Assembly (NCBI GenBank): GCA_003151615.1 | Contig: PLXZ01000001.1 | Location: 244,318-308,317, forward strand | Reading direction: 5' to 3' | Length of the DNA stretch: 64,000 nucleotides | Source: Candidatus Tayloriibacteriota bacterium | Lineage (GTDB): Bacteria > Patescibacteriota > Minisyncoccia > Phycocordibacterales > PALSA-1337 | Part shown: positions 10,835-20,035 of the stretch, piece after piece | Layout of the letters: every line of letters starts with the position of its first letter | Numbering within the stretch: the stretch's first letter is position 1 | Made by a program: the position numbers and the translations under genes | The notes under the pieces: generated by a model | Databases searched by the model: none | What the model saw: only the letters and a program-made list of their open reading frames with translations | Told to the model about the DNA's origin: nothing

Positions 10835-11632
10835 ATGAATATCGAACAAACAAAAATAAAGTTGTGGAAAGCGGGTTTATTTGCGGTTTCAATGCTCTCA
10901 CTTCTTTTTATCGCACTCTTCGCAAACCAGATAAAGATGCTTGTCGGCATCGGTGAAACGCATACGGCGACAAATACGTTTACAGTCAACGGCACAGGCA
11001 AGGTCACAGTCATTCCTGATGTGGCGACATTCAGCTTCAGCGTGACACAGACAGCTTCAACGGTTGCGGCGGCGCAGGCGGCGGCTACGACTCAGATCAA
11101 CAATGCACTGAGCGCTCTCACTTCGGCCGGAGTTGCTTCGTCTGACGTGAAGACTCTTTCATACAATATCAATCCTCACTACGAATCGCAGGGCGGTGGA
11201 TGCAGCGGCCCCAATGGCATTTGTACTCCTTCAAAATCGGTGCTTACCGGATATGACGTCAGCCAGACGATACAAGTAAAGGTACGCGATTTGAGCAAAG
11301 CAGGCGCATTGTTCACGACGATCGGATCGCTCGGCGTGCAGAATGTCGACAGCCTGCAATTTTCTTTGGACAATCCGGAAACAGTACAGAGCGAGGCCCG
11401 CGCAATGGCGATTGCCGATGCACAGACACAGGCGAACATGCTCGCGAAAGAATTGGGCGTCAAACTGGTTGCGGTTGTGAACTTCACGGACAATAGCGGT
11501 TCGCCGACTCCATATCCAATAATGTATGCCATGGCTTCGAACGCTTCAGGTGCGGATTCCGTAGCTCCGAACATTCCAGCAGGCCAACAGCAGGTCACTG
11601 AAAACGTCTCAGTCACTTACGAAATTCGATAG
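10835..11632 (+). CDS. SIMPL (DUF541) domain protein
   Basis: VNGTGKVTVIPDVA...V..NVSVTYEI pattern. Confidence 0.88.
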   Translation: MNIEQTKIKLWKAGLFAVSMLSLLFIALFANQIKMLVGIGETHTATNTFTVNGTGKVTVIPDVATFSFSVTQTASTVAAAQAAATTQINNALSALTSAGVASSDVKTLSYNINPHYESQGGGCSGPNGICTPSKSVLTGYDVSQTIQVKVRDLSKAGALFTTIGSLGVQNVDSLQFSLDNPETVQSEARAMAIADAQTQANMLAKELGVKLVAVVNFTDNSGSPTPYPIMYAMASNASGADSVAPNIPAGQQQVTENVSVTYEIR

Positions 11633-11766
11633 TCGCGGCTGCGTTTCGGTCACTGTTGACTTTCTCAATCCAATACGATAGTATATTCCGTACTGCCCCG
11701 GGAGGGGTTTTTTAGTAGAGCTGTTACATCAGCCGCTTCCAGCGGCACAAAATAGTAATCAAACCA

Positions 11767-11943
11767 ATGAAAATCAGCGAATATATCAAGGAAACACGTT
11801 CGGAAATGAGCCATGTCACGTGGCCGACGCGCGTTCAGGCCATCAATTACGCCTTGCTTGTCATTGGCGTTTCCGTTGTCATCGCGGCTTTTCTCGGCAT
11901 CTGCGATTACGTTTTCTCTCGAGTGCTCACCCTCTTCTTCTAA
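11767..11943 (+). CDS. secE: preprotein translocase SecE (not in ORF track)
   Basis: Hand-translated MKISEYIKETRSEMSHVTWPTR...; directly upstream of nusG. Confidence 0.93.
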   Translation: MKISEYIKETRSEMSHVTWPTRVQAINYALLVIGVSVVIAAFLGICDYVFSRVLTLFF

Positions 11944-11983
11944 ATTTTTCCGTTTCATCACATTATTTAATTAACTAAAACAC

Positions 11984-12529
11984 ATGGCAAAACAACAGGT
12001 CGGCGGAGATCGAAATTGGTACGCAATCCACACATACGCGGGATATGAAAACGCGGTCGCGCGAAATTTGAAGCAGCGCATCGAATCGCTCGGCGTTGAG
12101 AACCAGATTTTCAGCGTGCTTGTTCCCACTGAAAAAAAGATCAAAATTAAAGGCGGCAAGCGAGTCGAGGAAGAAGAGAAAATTTATCCCGGCTACATTC
12201 TCGTGGACATGATTGTGACGGACGAATCATGGTATATCGTGCGAAATACGCCGCGCGTGACCGGCTTTGTCGGTTCCGGCGTCTACCCGGTGCCTCTCGA
12301 CAAGAAGGAAGTCGATGTTCTGTTCGGCCGCATGAATGCAACGGACGTCAAGCACACGATCGATCTCGCAATCGACGACATCGTTAAAATCAGCGACGGT
12401 CCGTTCAAAGATCTCGAAGGAAAAGTTAATGAAGTGGATGACAATCGCGGCAAAATCAAGGTTCTCGTCTCCATGTTTGGCCGCGAGACGCCGGTGGAAT
12501 TGGACTTTCTACAGGTCAAGAAGATCTAA
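11984..12529 (+). CDS. nusG: transcription termination/antitermination factor NusG
   Basis: WYAIHTYAGYE, PGYILV, VTGFVG and KOW motifs. Confidence 0.97.
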   Translation: MAKQQVGGDRNWYAIHTYAGYENAVARNLKQRIESLGVENQIFSVLVPTEKKIKIKGGKRVEEEEKIYPGYILVDMIVTDESWYIVRNTPRVTGFVGSGVYPVPLDKKEVDVLFGRMNATDVKHTIDLAIDDIVKISDGPFKDLEGKVNEVDDNRGKIKVLVSMFGRETPVELDFLQVKKI

Positions 12530-12641
12530 CACGAAAGCACTCGTATCTCAGAGAACGCCATAATTTTCTACTGAAAATTTGGCTCACTCTCGGACATCTT
12601 CATGTCCTCCGAGAGTCTCTTCGATACGAGTGCTTTCGTGT
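12529..12641. repeat. intergenic element with a 19-bp terminal inverted repeat
   Basis: ACACGAAAGCACTCGTATC (12529-12547) and its reverse complement (12623-12641), with internal hairpins. Confidence 0.8.
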
Positions 12642-12752
12642 CGTATATCCTAACCTGTAGACGCTTGTGTTTTTCCTTAAAATAAGTTAATCTGTTCGAA
12701 CCTCAGCTTCTAGAGGTTTATTCAATAAACCAGACAAAAACCAAAAAATAAC

Positions 12753-13175
12753 ATGGCCAAAAAAGTAATGAAGAAACTGAAACTCCAGATTGCCGGCGGC
12801 AAGGCTAATCCCGCGCCTCCGGTCGGCCCCGCCCTCGGTCAGGCCGGCATCAACATCGGAGATTTCGTCAAGAAATTTAACGATGCGACGAAGGACAAAA
12901 TAGGGGATATCGTTCCTGTTGAAATTTCCGTATACGACGACCGTTCGTACGATTTTGTCCTCAAAACTCCTCCGGCTTCTTCCCTTATTTTGAAAGCGAT
13001 AAAACAGGAAAAAGGTTCAGGAAAACCTAACACAAAAAAAGTGGGCACAATCACAAAAGCCCAGATTCGTGAAATCGCAGAGAAAAAAATGCCCGACCTC
13101 AACGCAAACGACATTGAAGCGGCCATGAAAATCATCGCAGGATCGGCCCGATCGATGGGAGTTGACATAAAATAG
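12753..13175 (+). CDS. rplK: 50S ribosomal protein L11
   Basis: [15 protein letters not shown] and KTPPAS motifs. Confidence 0.98.
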   Translation: MAKKVMKKLKLQIAGGKANPAPPVGPALGQAGINIGDFVKKFNDATKDKIGDIVPVEISVYDDRSYDFVLKTPPASSLILKAIKQEKGSGKPNTKKVGTITKAQIREIAEKKMPDLNANDIEAAMKIIAGSARSMGVDIK

Positions 13176-13223
13176 CCTTGTGCTATACTGTATTTTAGCT
13201 CCAGTTCTATGAATTTTTGATCT

Positions 13224-13383
13224 TGTGGGTGGCGGTTAGCATCGGTTCCTCGGCCGGAAGACTGTGATCAGGTGTTTGCTGACACCGCTTTTAAAGCCAG
13301 TTGGCGAGGTTTCGCGCATTGTGCGACGAACTGCGCGTCCTGTTACTCGCCCCTGGCCCGGTTTCTGATCGCCGCCACCCACA
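13224..13383 (+). ncRNA. putative structured ncRNA, family unassigned
   Basis: Terminal stem TGTGGGTGGCGG/CCGCCACCCACA with internal stems. TGnTATACT upstream (about 13181-13189) and a terminator-like hairpin with T-run downstream. Confidence 0.55.
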
Positions 13384-13549
13384 TCGTTTCGGGGTTCTAT
13401 CCCCCTCTTTTTTGAAAGCGCTGTAATTTTTTACAGTGCTTTTTCATTTAAGGAAAGCGTACTCGCGGACACTTAAGGGCACACTTATGTGAAGTAATCT
13501 TCACTACGCGGGTATTCCCGACGTCCATATAAAAAGGTATACTAGCTCC

Positions 13550-13822
13550 ATGAACGACATACTTCACGCGAATATTTTCTTTTTCATCACTTCGGTGGTG
13601 GTTGTCATCCTAGGCGTGCTGGCAATTTTCGCGTTTTACTATATTCTCGGCATTCTCAAAAATATCCGGGACATAACGGACCGCGCCCAGCGGGGGAGCG
13701 AGGTGCTGGCCGGCGATTTGCAGGATCTTCGCGCAAATATAAAGGAAGAGGGAATGCGTTTTCGCCACATCAAGAAATTCCTGAAGGGCTATTCAAAATG
13801 GTTTCCATCGGATGATAAATAG
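13550..13822 (+). CDS. hypothetical membrane protein
   Basis: N-terminal TM plus a coiled segment. Confidence 0.7.
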   Translation: MNDILHANIFFFITSVVVVILGVLAIFAFYYILGILKNIRDITDRAQRGSEVLAGDLQDLRANIKEEGMRFRHIKKFLKGYSKWFPSDDK

Positions 13823-13879
13823 ATTATGAAAGGGACGGTTCCTATTATTAATTTTAATAAAGATTTAAACAAAAAATAC

Positions 13880-14149
13880 ATGTCACAGAAAAAATCGCAT
13901 GCGGGGAAAATAGGGTTGGCGGGAGTGGCGGCTGCAGCAGCGGCCGCGGCGGGGGCATATTATTTATACGGAAGCAAAAACGCCGCGAAAAACCGCGCGG
14001 CAGCCGCGGCTTGGATGAAAAAAGCCGAAGCGCACATTGTGAAGGAAGCAAAAAAGGGCGTCAAAGTTGCGCACGCAAAAATCTCAAAAGAAATGACAAA
14101 GGGCATGAAGACCGTGAATAAAACTCTTAAAAAGCGTTCGAAAAAATAG
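13880..14149 (+). CDS. YtxH-like small basic protein
   Basis: AAAAAGAYYLYG segment, then a Lys-rich helix. Confidence 0.65.
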   Translation: MSQKKSHAGKIGLAGVAAAAAAAAGAYYLYGSKNAAKNRAAAAAWMKKAEAHIVKEAKKGVKVAHAKISKEMTKGMKTVNKTLKKRSKK

Positions 14150-14192
14150 ACCGCAATTTGTCTGGTAATACGCCTCGGCCCAATCCGTCAGA

Positions 14193-14384
14193 ATGGGCAT
14201 GACTATGGAAAAATATAAGGAAGTCGAGGAGAACGCGCTTGATGCGTTGAAAGAGCGATGCGCGAGCGGGGATGCGGACGCCGATCATCTCAATGCCGAC
14301 GATGTGATTGCGCACGCGGTCAACGCTCTTGGCTTGCATGAACTTGCCAAACAATATCGGAAGACGATAAATAAGGTCAGCTAA
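14193..14384 (+). CDS. small hypothetical protein
   Basis: 63-aa ORF followed by a hairpin at about 14422-14452. Confidence 0.5.
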   Translation: MGMTMEKYKEVEENALDALKERCASGDADADHLNADDVIAHAVNALGLHELAKQYRKTINKVS

Positions 14385-14740
14385 GAAAAACATACTCCAA
14401 GAGCGACCTTGCTAGGTCGAATAAAACAACCCGCGTAACGCGGGTTGTTTTATCATATAGAGCTCCTCTTCGTGGAGATGGATGCGAAAATATAAGGCGG
14501 AGCGATAAAACGGCGCAAGGCCTGTTTTTTATAAATGCTCCTATGTTTCTTAAGATCCTCTCCCTTAGAATGAACCCTGCATCAATTTTAATACTATCTT
14601 AATATAAGTCAATAGGACTTGGGGGAAAAGCTTGTTCATAAACTGTTGATAATTTCGGGTAACAATTCGTCCCCCGTGCCGTCAGAGAGAACAAAGGTCG
14701 TAATGTAAAATTATCAGCATATAGCTTAACTATAAAACAT

Positions 14741-15187
14741 ATGATCAAAAGAATTGTTTCAAGTGCTTTTGTCGCGACAGCCCTTGGCGTGGCAGTAAGC
14801 ATAACGGGTGCCCTGAGCGCTTATGCTCAGACGACCACGATGCCGGCTTTGTATAATCAGGCGGGCGTAGAGGTCAACAACGGAAACGTAACGCCTCTTG
14901 CTGCGGGATATTACTTCCTTGCACCGGGGGCATCGGCAAACACGGAAGTTTACTACTACGGCAACGGAACCTACTATGATTCAACGACAGGCATGTACGG
15001 CGGAAGCGTCGCCGATCCTAACGGTACGGCAGGCGTAGTCATTAACGGCAGCGGTGCTCCGGGAGTTCCCGACACGGGTCTCGGCGGCAATGCGGCTTCC
15101 GTATGGATGGCTCTTGTAGCTTCAGGTTTGGTTGTAGCTGCGGGCGCAACCTACCTGGTCCGCTCACGAGTTCCATTTTTGCGATAA
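14741..15187 (+). CDS. secreted protein with a sortase sorting signal
   Basis: Signal peptide; C-terminal VPDTG, TM and basic tail. Confidence 0.8.
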   Translation: MIKRIVSSAFVATALGVAVSITGALSAYAQTTTMPALYNQAGVEVNNGNVTPLAAGYYFLAPGASANTEVYYYGNGTYYDSTTGMYGGSVADPNGTAGVVINGSGAPGVPDTGLGGNAASVWMALVASGLVVAAGATYLVRSRVPFLR

Positions 15188-15304
15188 AATAAAGTCGCAC
15201 AAGGCGGAGACTGCGCTTAAACCTATATCCCGGCGTACTATCCGTCTTGCAATAAGTTTCAGAAAGAGTTTCGAGGAAATTCGCTCTATTTTTTACACAT
15301 TCAC

Positions 15305-15970
15305 ATGAAAACATTCATCGCATATACAGTCACCATCGCCACTGTCATTGCCGCGGCAATATTTGCGCGCACCCTCGTCGAGGCGGCCATATATGTTCCT
15401 GGCAGTACCGGAGTAGTGGCGCCTCTTCCAAATTCTCAGGCCGTCGACAGCAATGTATCCGTTCCTCCCGCCGCATCCGCCACCGTCGCGACCATTGCCC
15501 AAAATGTCGCCGTCACTCCGCCGGGGTATCCGGTCCGTCTTGCCATTCCGGCTCTCAACATAAATGCGGCGGTGCAGGATGTCGGCATTACAGCAAAGGG
15601 AAATATGGGAATACCGAATAATTTCGTCGATGTTGGGTGGTATTCCTACGGCGCGATTCCCGGGCAGACCGGCAGCGCGGTCATTGACGGGCACGTGGAC
15701 AATGGTTTGGCATTGGTCGGAGTTTTCAAACATCTTTCGGACATTAAAACGGGGGACGATGTGTATGTCACTAATTACGCGGGACAAAAATTGCATTTCG
15801 TTGTTACGGATATCCAATATTATGGATATGAAAATGCGCCAACGAGCGAAATATTCAATGCCGACAACGGAGGTGCCGAATTGAAGCTGATTACCTGCGG
15901 CGGCACCTGGGTCCCAGGTCAGAAAACCTATGACCAGCGTTTGGTTGTGACGGCGAAACTTGAACAATAA
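15305..15970 (+). CDS. class F sortase
   Basis: VGWY...PG..GSAVIDGHVD and LKLITCGG...R motifs. Confidence 0.92.
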   Translation: MKTFIAYTVTIATVIAAAIFARTLVEAAIYVPGSTGVVAPLPNSQAVDSNVSVPPAASATVATIAQNVAVTPPGYPVRLAIPALNINAAVQDVGITAKGNMGIPNNFVDVGWYSYGAIPGQTGSAVIDGHVDNGLALVGVFKHLSDIKTGDDVYVTNYAGQKLHFVVTDIQYYGYENAPTSEIFNADNGGAELKLITCGGTWVPGQKTYDQRLVVTAKLEQ

Positions 15971-16095
15971 GAAAACTTGCATTTATCATCTTTCCATGGT
16001 ACAATCTGGCTTGGAACATCGTTTACGGAGGTGTTCTTTTCAAAAACAGCAACAGGCAACAATACAGCAACAGCAACAAAAAACAGGAGCACACA

Positions 16096-16353
16096 ATGGT
16101 AAAAACAATAGTTATCAACCAACCTCTGTCGCGAAAATTAACAACCTGCGGCGGAGTAACCCCCATGCCAATGAGCCCTCTTGAGGCGGCGACTATCATG
16201 GACAGCGTTCAGCTCAACGAAGAGGTCATGAGGCCCGGAGAACTTGCCCGACGGAACGAGATGTTTCGGAAGGGCTTGTATCATCCGGCCATGTCCGAAC
16301 TCACGCTCATCGCGGCCAGGATCGTTTCCGGAGGAGGTGTTATCCAAGCATAA
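16096..16353 (+). CDS. hypothetical protein
   Basis: AGGAG RBS; 85-aa ORF; terminator-like hairpin follows. Confidence 0.55.
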   Translation: MVKTIVINQPLSRKLTTCGGVTPMPMSPLEAATIMDSVQLNEEVMRPGELARRNEMFRKGLYHPAMSELTLIAARIVSGGGVIQA

Positions 16354-16548
16354 ATTACTCAAACTTGGGAAGGGCGTCACGATGTATTTCGTGGCGCCCT
16401 TTATTTTTTTCATGAAAATAAAAAATCCCGTCCGAATTTCTCCGGAGGGGATTTCGCTGTCATGATGGATTGTATCTTTCACTTTGTTTATGTTGAAGAG
16501 CGCTGGCAAAAGGCTATCAAAAAAACGCGGGGAAATCAATGAAACAGA

Positions 16549-16761
16549 TTAGATTTTGTTGAGGTGCAATTTTTCCGCAACGAATCTGAAGCTTGTATAT
16601 GAAAGGTATCCTGCGACGACAAATGCCAACCAACTGAGCCAGATTGGAACCGACCATCCGCCGACAATGAGACTGATGCCAAAGACAGCCCGGACAAGAT
16701 GGGCGAGTGAGACGATTCCCAGGACGCACCCGAGAATTATGTAATAGTTTTTGTGGGTCAT
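16549..16761 (-). CDS. small membrane protein
   Basis: Two TMs; HLVR...W motif. Confidence 0.65.
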   Translation of the reverse strand: MTHKNYYIILGCVLGIVSLAHLVRAVFGISLIVGGWSVPIWLSWLAFVVAGYLSYTSFRFVAEKLHLNKI

Positions 16762-16877
16762 GTTTTTAAAATTAGTTTATCTTTTAAATTTATTTTCACC
16801 CTATCACAGGTTGTGACGATGTTACGGGGGTTTTGTTACGGGCGACTTCTATTGGATTTTGTGGTAAATTATTCTGA

Positions 16878-17498
16878 ATGAAACGATATGCTTTTATTGA
16901 TGTTCAAAATACAGCAAGTACTGCACAACAAATGCTTGGTTTTGTCGTGGATTGGCAAAAACTTTGCGAGCTTCTTAAAAACAAGAAGTCTTGTACGGAG
17001 GTATATTTGTATACCGGCATAGATAATGGTGATCTAGAAACAGCAAAAGAATTCGACGCCTTATCGAAAACAAGCTGTTGTGTGGTAAAAAGTAAATCAA
17101 TTTTTTCTTACAAAAACAAAGATCTGACGGTTCCTCTTAAGTGTTCTGGATGTGCTTTAGAGACTGTGCATATGGTAGATATGGGGTACACAAAAAAATC
17201 AAATTGCGATGTTGAATTAACCGTGGATGTCATTGAAAAGTCGGGTCCTGATGTTGAGTTGTTATTATTTACAGGGGACGGCGATTTTGAATATTTGATT
17301 CGGAAGGCTTTGGATAAAGAAGTAAGTAAAGTTTCTATATTTTCATGTGCTGATAGATACGTAAAGGCCGGTATGACTATTTCAAGGTTTTCGACAAAAC
17401 TCAGAAATTTGATTGCCGAAAAACCGGCGAAAGTATTTTATGTTCCTCTGAAAGACATTAAAGACCAGATAAAAAAGAATATTTCTCCTATTATTTAG
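16878..17498 (+). CDS. NYN domain protein (LabA/DUF88 family)
   Basis: AFIDVQN, K.NCDVEL and FTGDGDF motifs; CxxC insert. Confidence 0.88.
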   Translation: MKRYAFIDVQNTASTAQQMLGFVVDWQKLCELLKNKKSCTEVYLYTGIDNGDLETAKEFDALSKTSCCVVKSKSIFSYKNKDLTVPLKCSGCALETVHMVDMGYTKKSNCDVELTVDVIEKSGPDVELLLFTGDGDFEYLIRKALDKEVSKVSIFSCADRYVKAGMTISRFSTKLRNLIAEKPAKVFYVPLKDIKDQIKKNISPII

Positions 17499-17652
17499 AC
17501 AAATGAAAAGGCCCCTCGTAAGAGTGGCCTTTTCGAATGACACTGTTGAGTATATACGAACGCCCCCAAAAGTCAATGGTTTATCCACATATTTTGATGG
17601 CATTCAAATGTAGTGACGTTTTTAGGACTCTCCTATTACATTACGAAGGTTT

Positions 17653-18086
17653 TGGTGGAGATGCGCGGAATTGAACCGCGGTGCACATGACTTCCTTGAA
17701 CGCTTCTACATTGGATAGGGTGCTTTATCGGCCACATGCCGGAAGAGTTGCCTCGTCCGACTGCCGGCCGTTTGACCCGCGCTCCTCACAGCAAACGAAA
17801 TAGAGTGCGGGCGAGTCCCGTTTTTTCAGATACGGCATGAGACTGTGCCGGATCCAAGTCCGCGATATATCACCAAACCTGTTCTGCAGACGTGAACAGG
17901 CCGATGTCACTTAGGCTACTTGCGTAGCGTAAGCGAAAGCGAAAGAGTTGGCTCCAAAATATGGAGACACAACAGATTTTGCCATTGCTACTGATTTTGC
18001 AGTTGCGATTCCGTCAGATTAAAGAGTTAACGGTGCTCTCCAATGCGCATAAAAGGGCAGGTCACGTGTCGATGCCTGTCATCCCC
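17653..18086 (-). ncRNA. ssrA: tmRNA
   Basis: 5' GGGGATGACAGGCATCGAC; 3' T-arm GGTTCAATTCC...CTCCACCA; tag ORF at 18000-17911; downstream of smpB. Confidence 0.95.
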
Positions 18087-18101
18087 AGATAATTTATATT
18101 G

Positions 18102-18554
18102 TTAAAGTGCAAATTCTCTCGCGATGTCGCGTTCCGATGCGCGCTTTTTGAGCGTCTCTCTCTTGTCGTATTTTTTCTTGCCGCGGACGATGGCGATGTC
18201 GATTTTTATCTTGCCGCCCGTTTTTTTACCGTCCTTACTGTACACTGAAATTGGGGCTATTGTCAAACCTTTCTTCAGGTTGGCGAGCTCGGCTATTTCA
18301 GTTTTTCGGAGTAAAAGCTTGCGATTGCGATAAGGATCATACGAAGTAGGCGTATTTTTTTCCTGAAACGGTGGAATGTGCACGCCGACGAGAAACGCTT
18401 CGCCTCCGCGGACTATGACGTATGAACCGAGAAGGCTCCCCGTATGCGCGCGCAGGGATTTCACTTCAAAACCGAGCAATTCGATGCCCGCCTCATAGCT
18501 TTCCATGATTTCATAGTCGAGGCGTATTTTTTTGTTCTCCACCAGCGTGGCCAT
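18102..18554 (-). CDS. smpB: SsrA-binding protein
   Basis: EAGIELLGFEVKSLR, RKLLL and GKKKYDKRE motifs. Confidence 0.97.
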   Translation of the reverse strand: MATLVENKKIRLDYEIMESYEAGIELLGFEVKSLRAHTGSLLGSYVIVRGGEAFLVGVHIPPFQEKNTPTSYDPYRNRKLLLRKTEIAELANLKKGLTIAPISVYSKDGKKTGGKIKIDIAIVRGKKKYDKRETLKKRASERDIAREFAL

Positions 18555-18573
18555 GCACTCAGCGTAGCATTGT

Positions 18574-18602
18574 TTGACAAATAACACAATATGTGATATT
18601 AT
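18574..18602 (+). promoter_or_regulatory. near-consensus sigma70 promoter for cas1
   Basis: TTGACA (18574-79), 17 bp, then TATTAT (18597-602) with an extended -10 TG. Confidence 0.75.
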
Positions 18603-18633
18603 TTCAGCGTTTATCAGCTAATATACAAAAACC

Positions 18634-19677
18634 ATGGACCTTCTTATCGACACCTATGGAACGAAAATCGGAGCAACGGGTGAACGCATTGCCCTTACTT
18701 TTCCCAACGTAAAGGAAAAGAAAGAATATCCGATTCATCGTATTGACAAAATTCTCATCCTTCGTGCCGGTTCATTGTCGACTGACGCGGCAAAATTGGC
18801 ACTCGATCATGACGTTGACATTGTATATCTCGGCTCGTTCGGCAAACCGATCGGCCGTTTGTTTTCGAGCGAACCAAAAGGTCTTGCCGGCCTTCGCCGT
18901 GCCCAGCTTGAAATCTCAAATTCTGAAAAGTCGCTCGAAATTGCAAAAATTCTCGTAAAGGGGAAGTGCACCAACCAAATTTCATACATTCGCAGTCTTG
19001 GCCATGCGCATAAAAAAGACTTCAGCAGGGAAATTCTCCAGATGGAAAGCATTTTAAAAACCATTGAACCTTTGCCGAATATTGAAAAAAGCAAGGAGCA
19101 GCTTCTCGGAATAGAAGGATACACGGCCGAGCGCTATTTCAGCTGTCTCAAAAAACTTCATACATTTTCAGGACGAAAACCGGAGGCGCGCGACAAATTC
19201 AACAGTGCCCTCAATTACGGTTACGGAATGCTTTACAATGAAGTTGACCGGGCGTGTCTTTATACCGGCCTTGATCCGAATATGGGTCTGTATCACAGCG
19301 AACGATATGGCAAGCCTGCGCTTGTCCTCGATCTCGTGGAGGAATTTCGCGTGCCGATCGTCGACTCGGTCGTATTTCCGCTTTTTTTGGAAAAGAAAAT
19401 CACCCAAAAAGGATGTTTTGATAAAACCGGACCCGGAGAATATCAGTTATCGCAGAAAGGGAAGAAGTTTTTGATTGAAGCGGTTGTGAATCGCCTCAAT
19501 GAAAGCGTTGTCTGGAACGGCGACGGCAAACGCTACAGCCTGAAGACGGTAATTGAAAACCAGGTTCGCGGCATGGCGCGGCACTTTATGGGCAAGGAAG
19601 AAAAATATATTCCGTTCGACATGGCGGAAATGCTTCAGCTCCGGCCGGAAGTTTTGGCTAAAAATTCGCATGAATAA
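18634..19677 (+). CDS. cas1: CRISPR-associated integrase Cas1
   Basis: LLGIEG, NSALNYGYGML, GLDPNMGLYH and LVLDLVEEFR motifs; catalytic E/H/acidic residues present. Confidence 0.96.
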   Translation: MDLLIDTYGTKIGATGERIALTFPNVKEKKEYPIHRIDKILILRAGSLSTDAAKLALDHDVDIVYLGSFGKPIGRLFSSEPKGLAGLRRAQLEISNSEKSLEIAKILVKGKCTNQISYIRSLGHAHKKDFSREILQMESILKTIEPLPNIEKSKEQLLGIEGYTAERYFSCLKKLHTFSGRKPEARDKFNSALNYGYGMLYNEVDRACLYTGLDPNMGLYHSERYGKPALVLDLVEEFRVPIVDSVVFPLFLEKKITQKGCFDKTGPGEYQLSQKGKKFLIEAVVNRLNESVVWNGDGKRYSLKTVIENQVRGMARHFMGKEEKYIPFDMAEMLQLRPEVLAKNSHE

Positions 19678-19996
19678 CTTCCCGATAATTACTTTGGTCA
19701 CATGGGAGACGCGTAATTGGCGGCATAATGATAAAGCATTGGTCTGGTGCAAAAATTACGGACTCAAGCCGATCACACGTACGGTTTATGTCGGAAAATT
19801 ATATGGTAAGGAGCGGATGCTGCTTCAGAAAAAGTTCCAGTTGGTTTTCAACAAAAAAACCGAGAAGTTCGCATTTATAGGCCTATGCCAATCATGCTTT
19901 GCCGCGGCTCGAATCGATGATACCATTAAGTGCAATGCGGAGCATATTTCAAACTTTGAACTCATTCAATTTCCCGAAATAGCCAATAAACGCTAG
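19670..19996 (+). CDS. cas2: divergent Cas2-like protein (108 aa)
   Basis: ATG overlaps the cas1 end. LVTWE occupies the YD position. CKNYGL..I..TVYVG.L and LCQSC match the Cas2 pattern. Confidence 0.75.
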   Translation: MNNFPIITLVTWETRNWRHNDKALVWCKNYGLKPITRTVYVGKLYGKERMLLQKKFQLVFNKKTEKFAFIGLCQSCFAAARIDDTIKCNAEHISNFELIQFPEIANKR

Positions 19997-20035
19997 CTCC
20001 TGCATAATAGTGTCGCAAAAAGGAGATTGTGCAAC

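Noticed and set aside
11680-11760. tRNA-Trp upstream of secE
   Set aside because: No cloverleaf or T-loop; only short hairpins.
19553-19669. N-terminal extension of the cas2-like ORF in the ORF track
   Set aside because: It overlaps cas1. The ATG at 19670 gives a typical Cas2 size and translational coupling.
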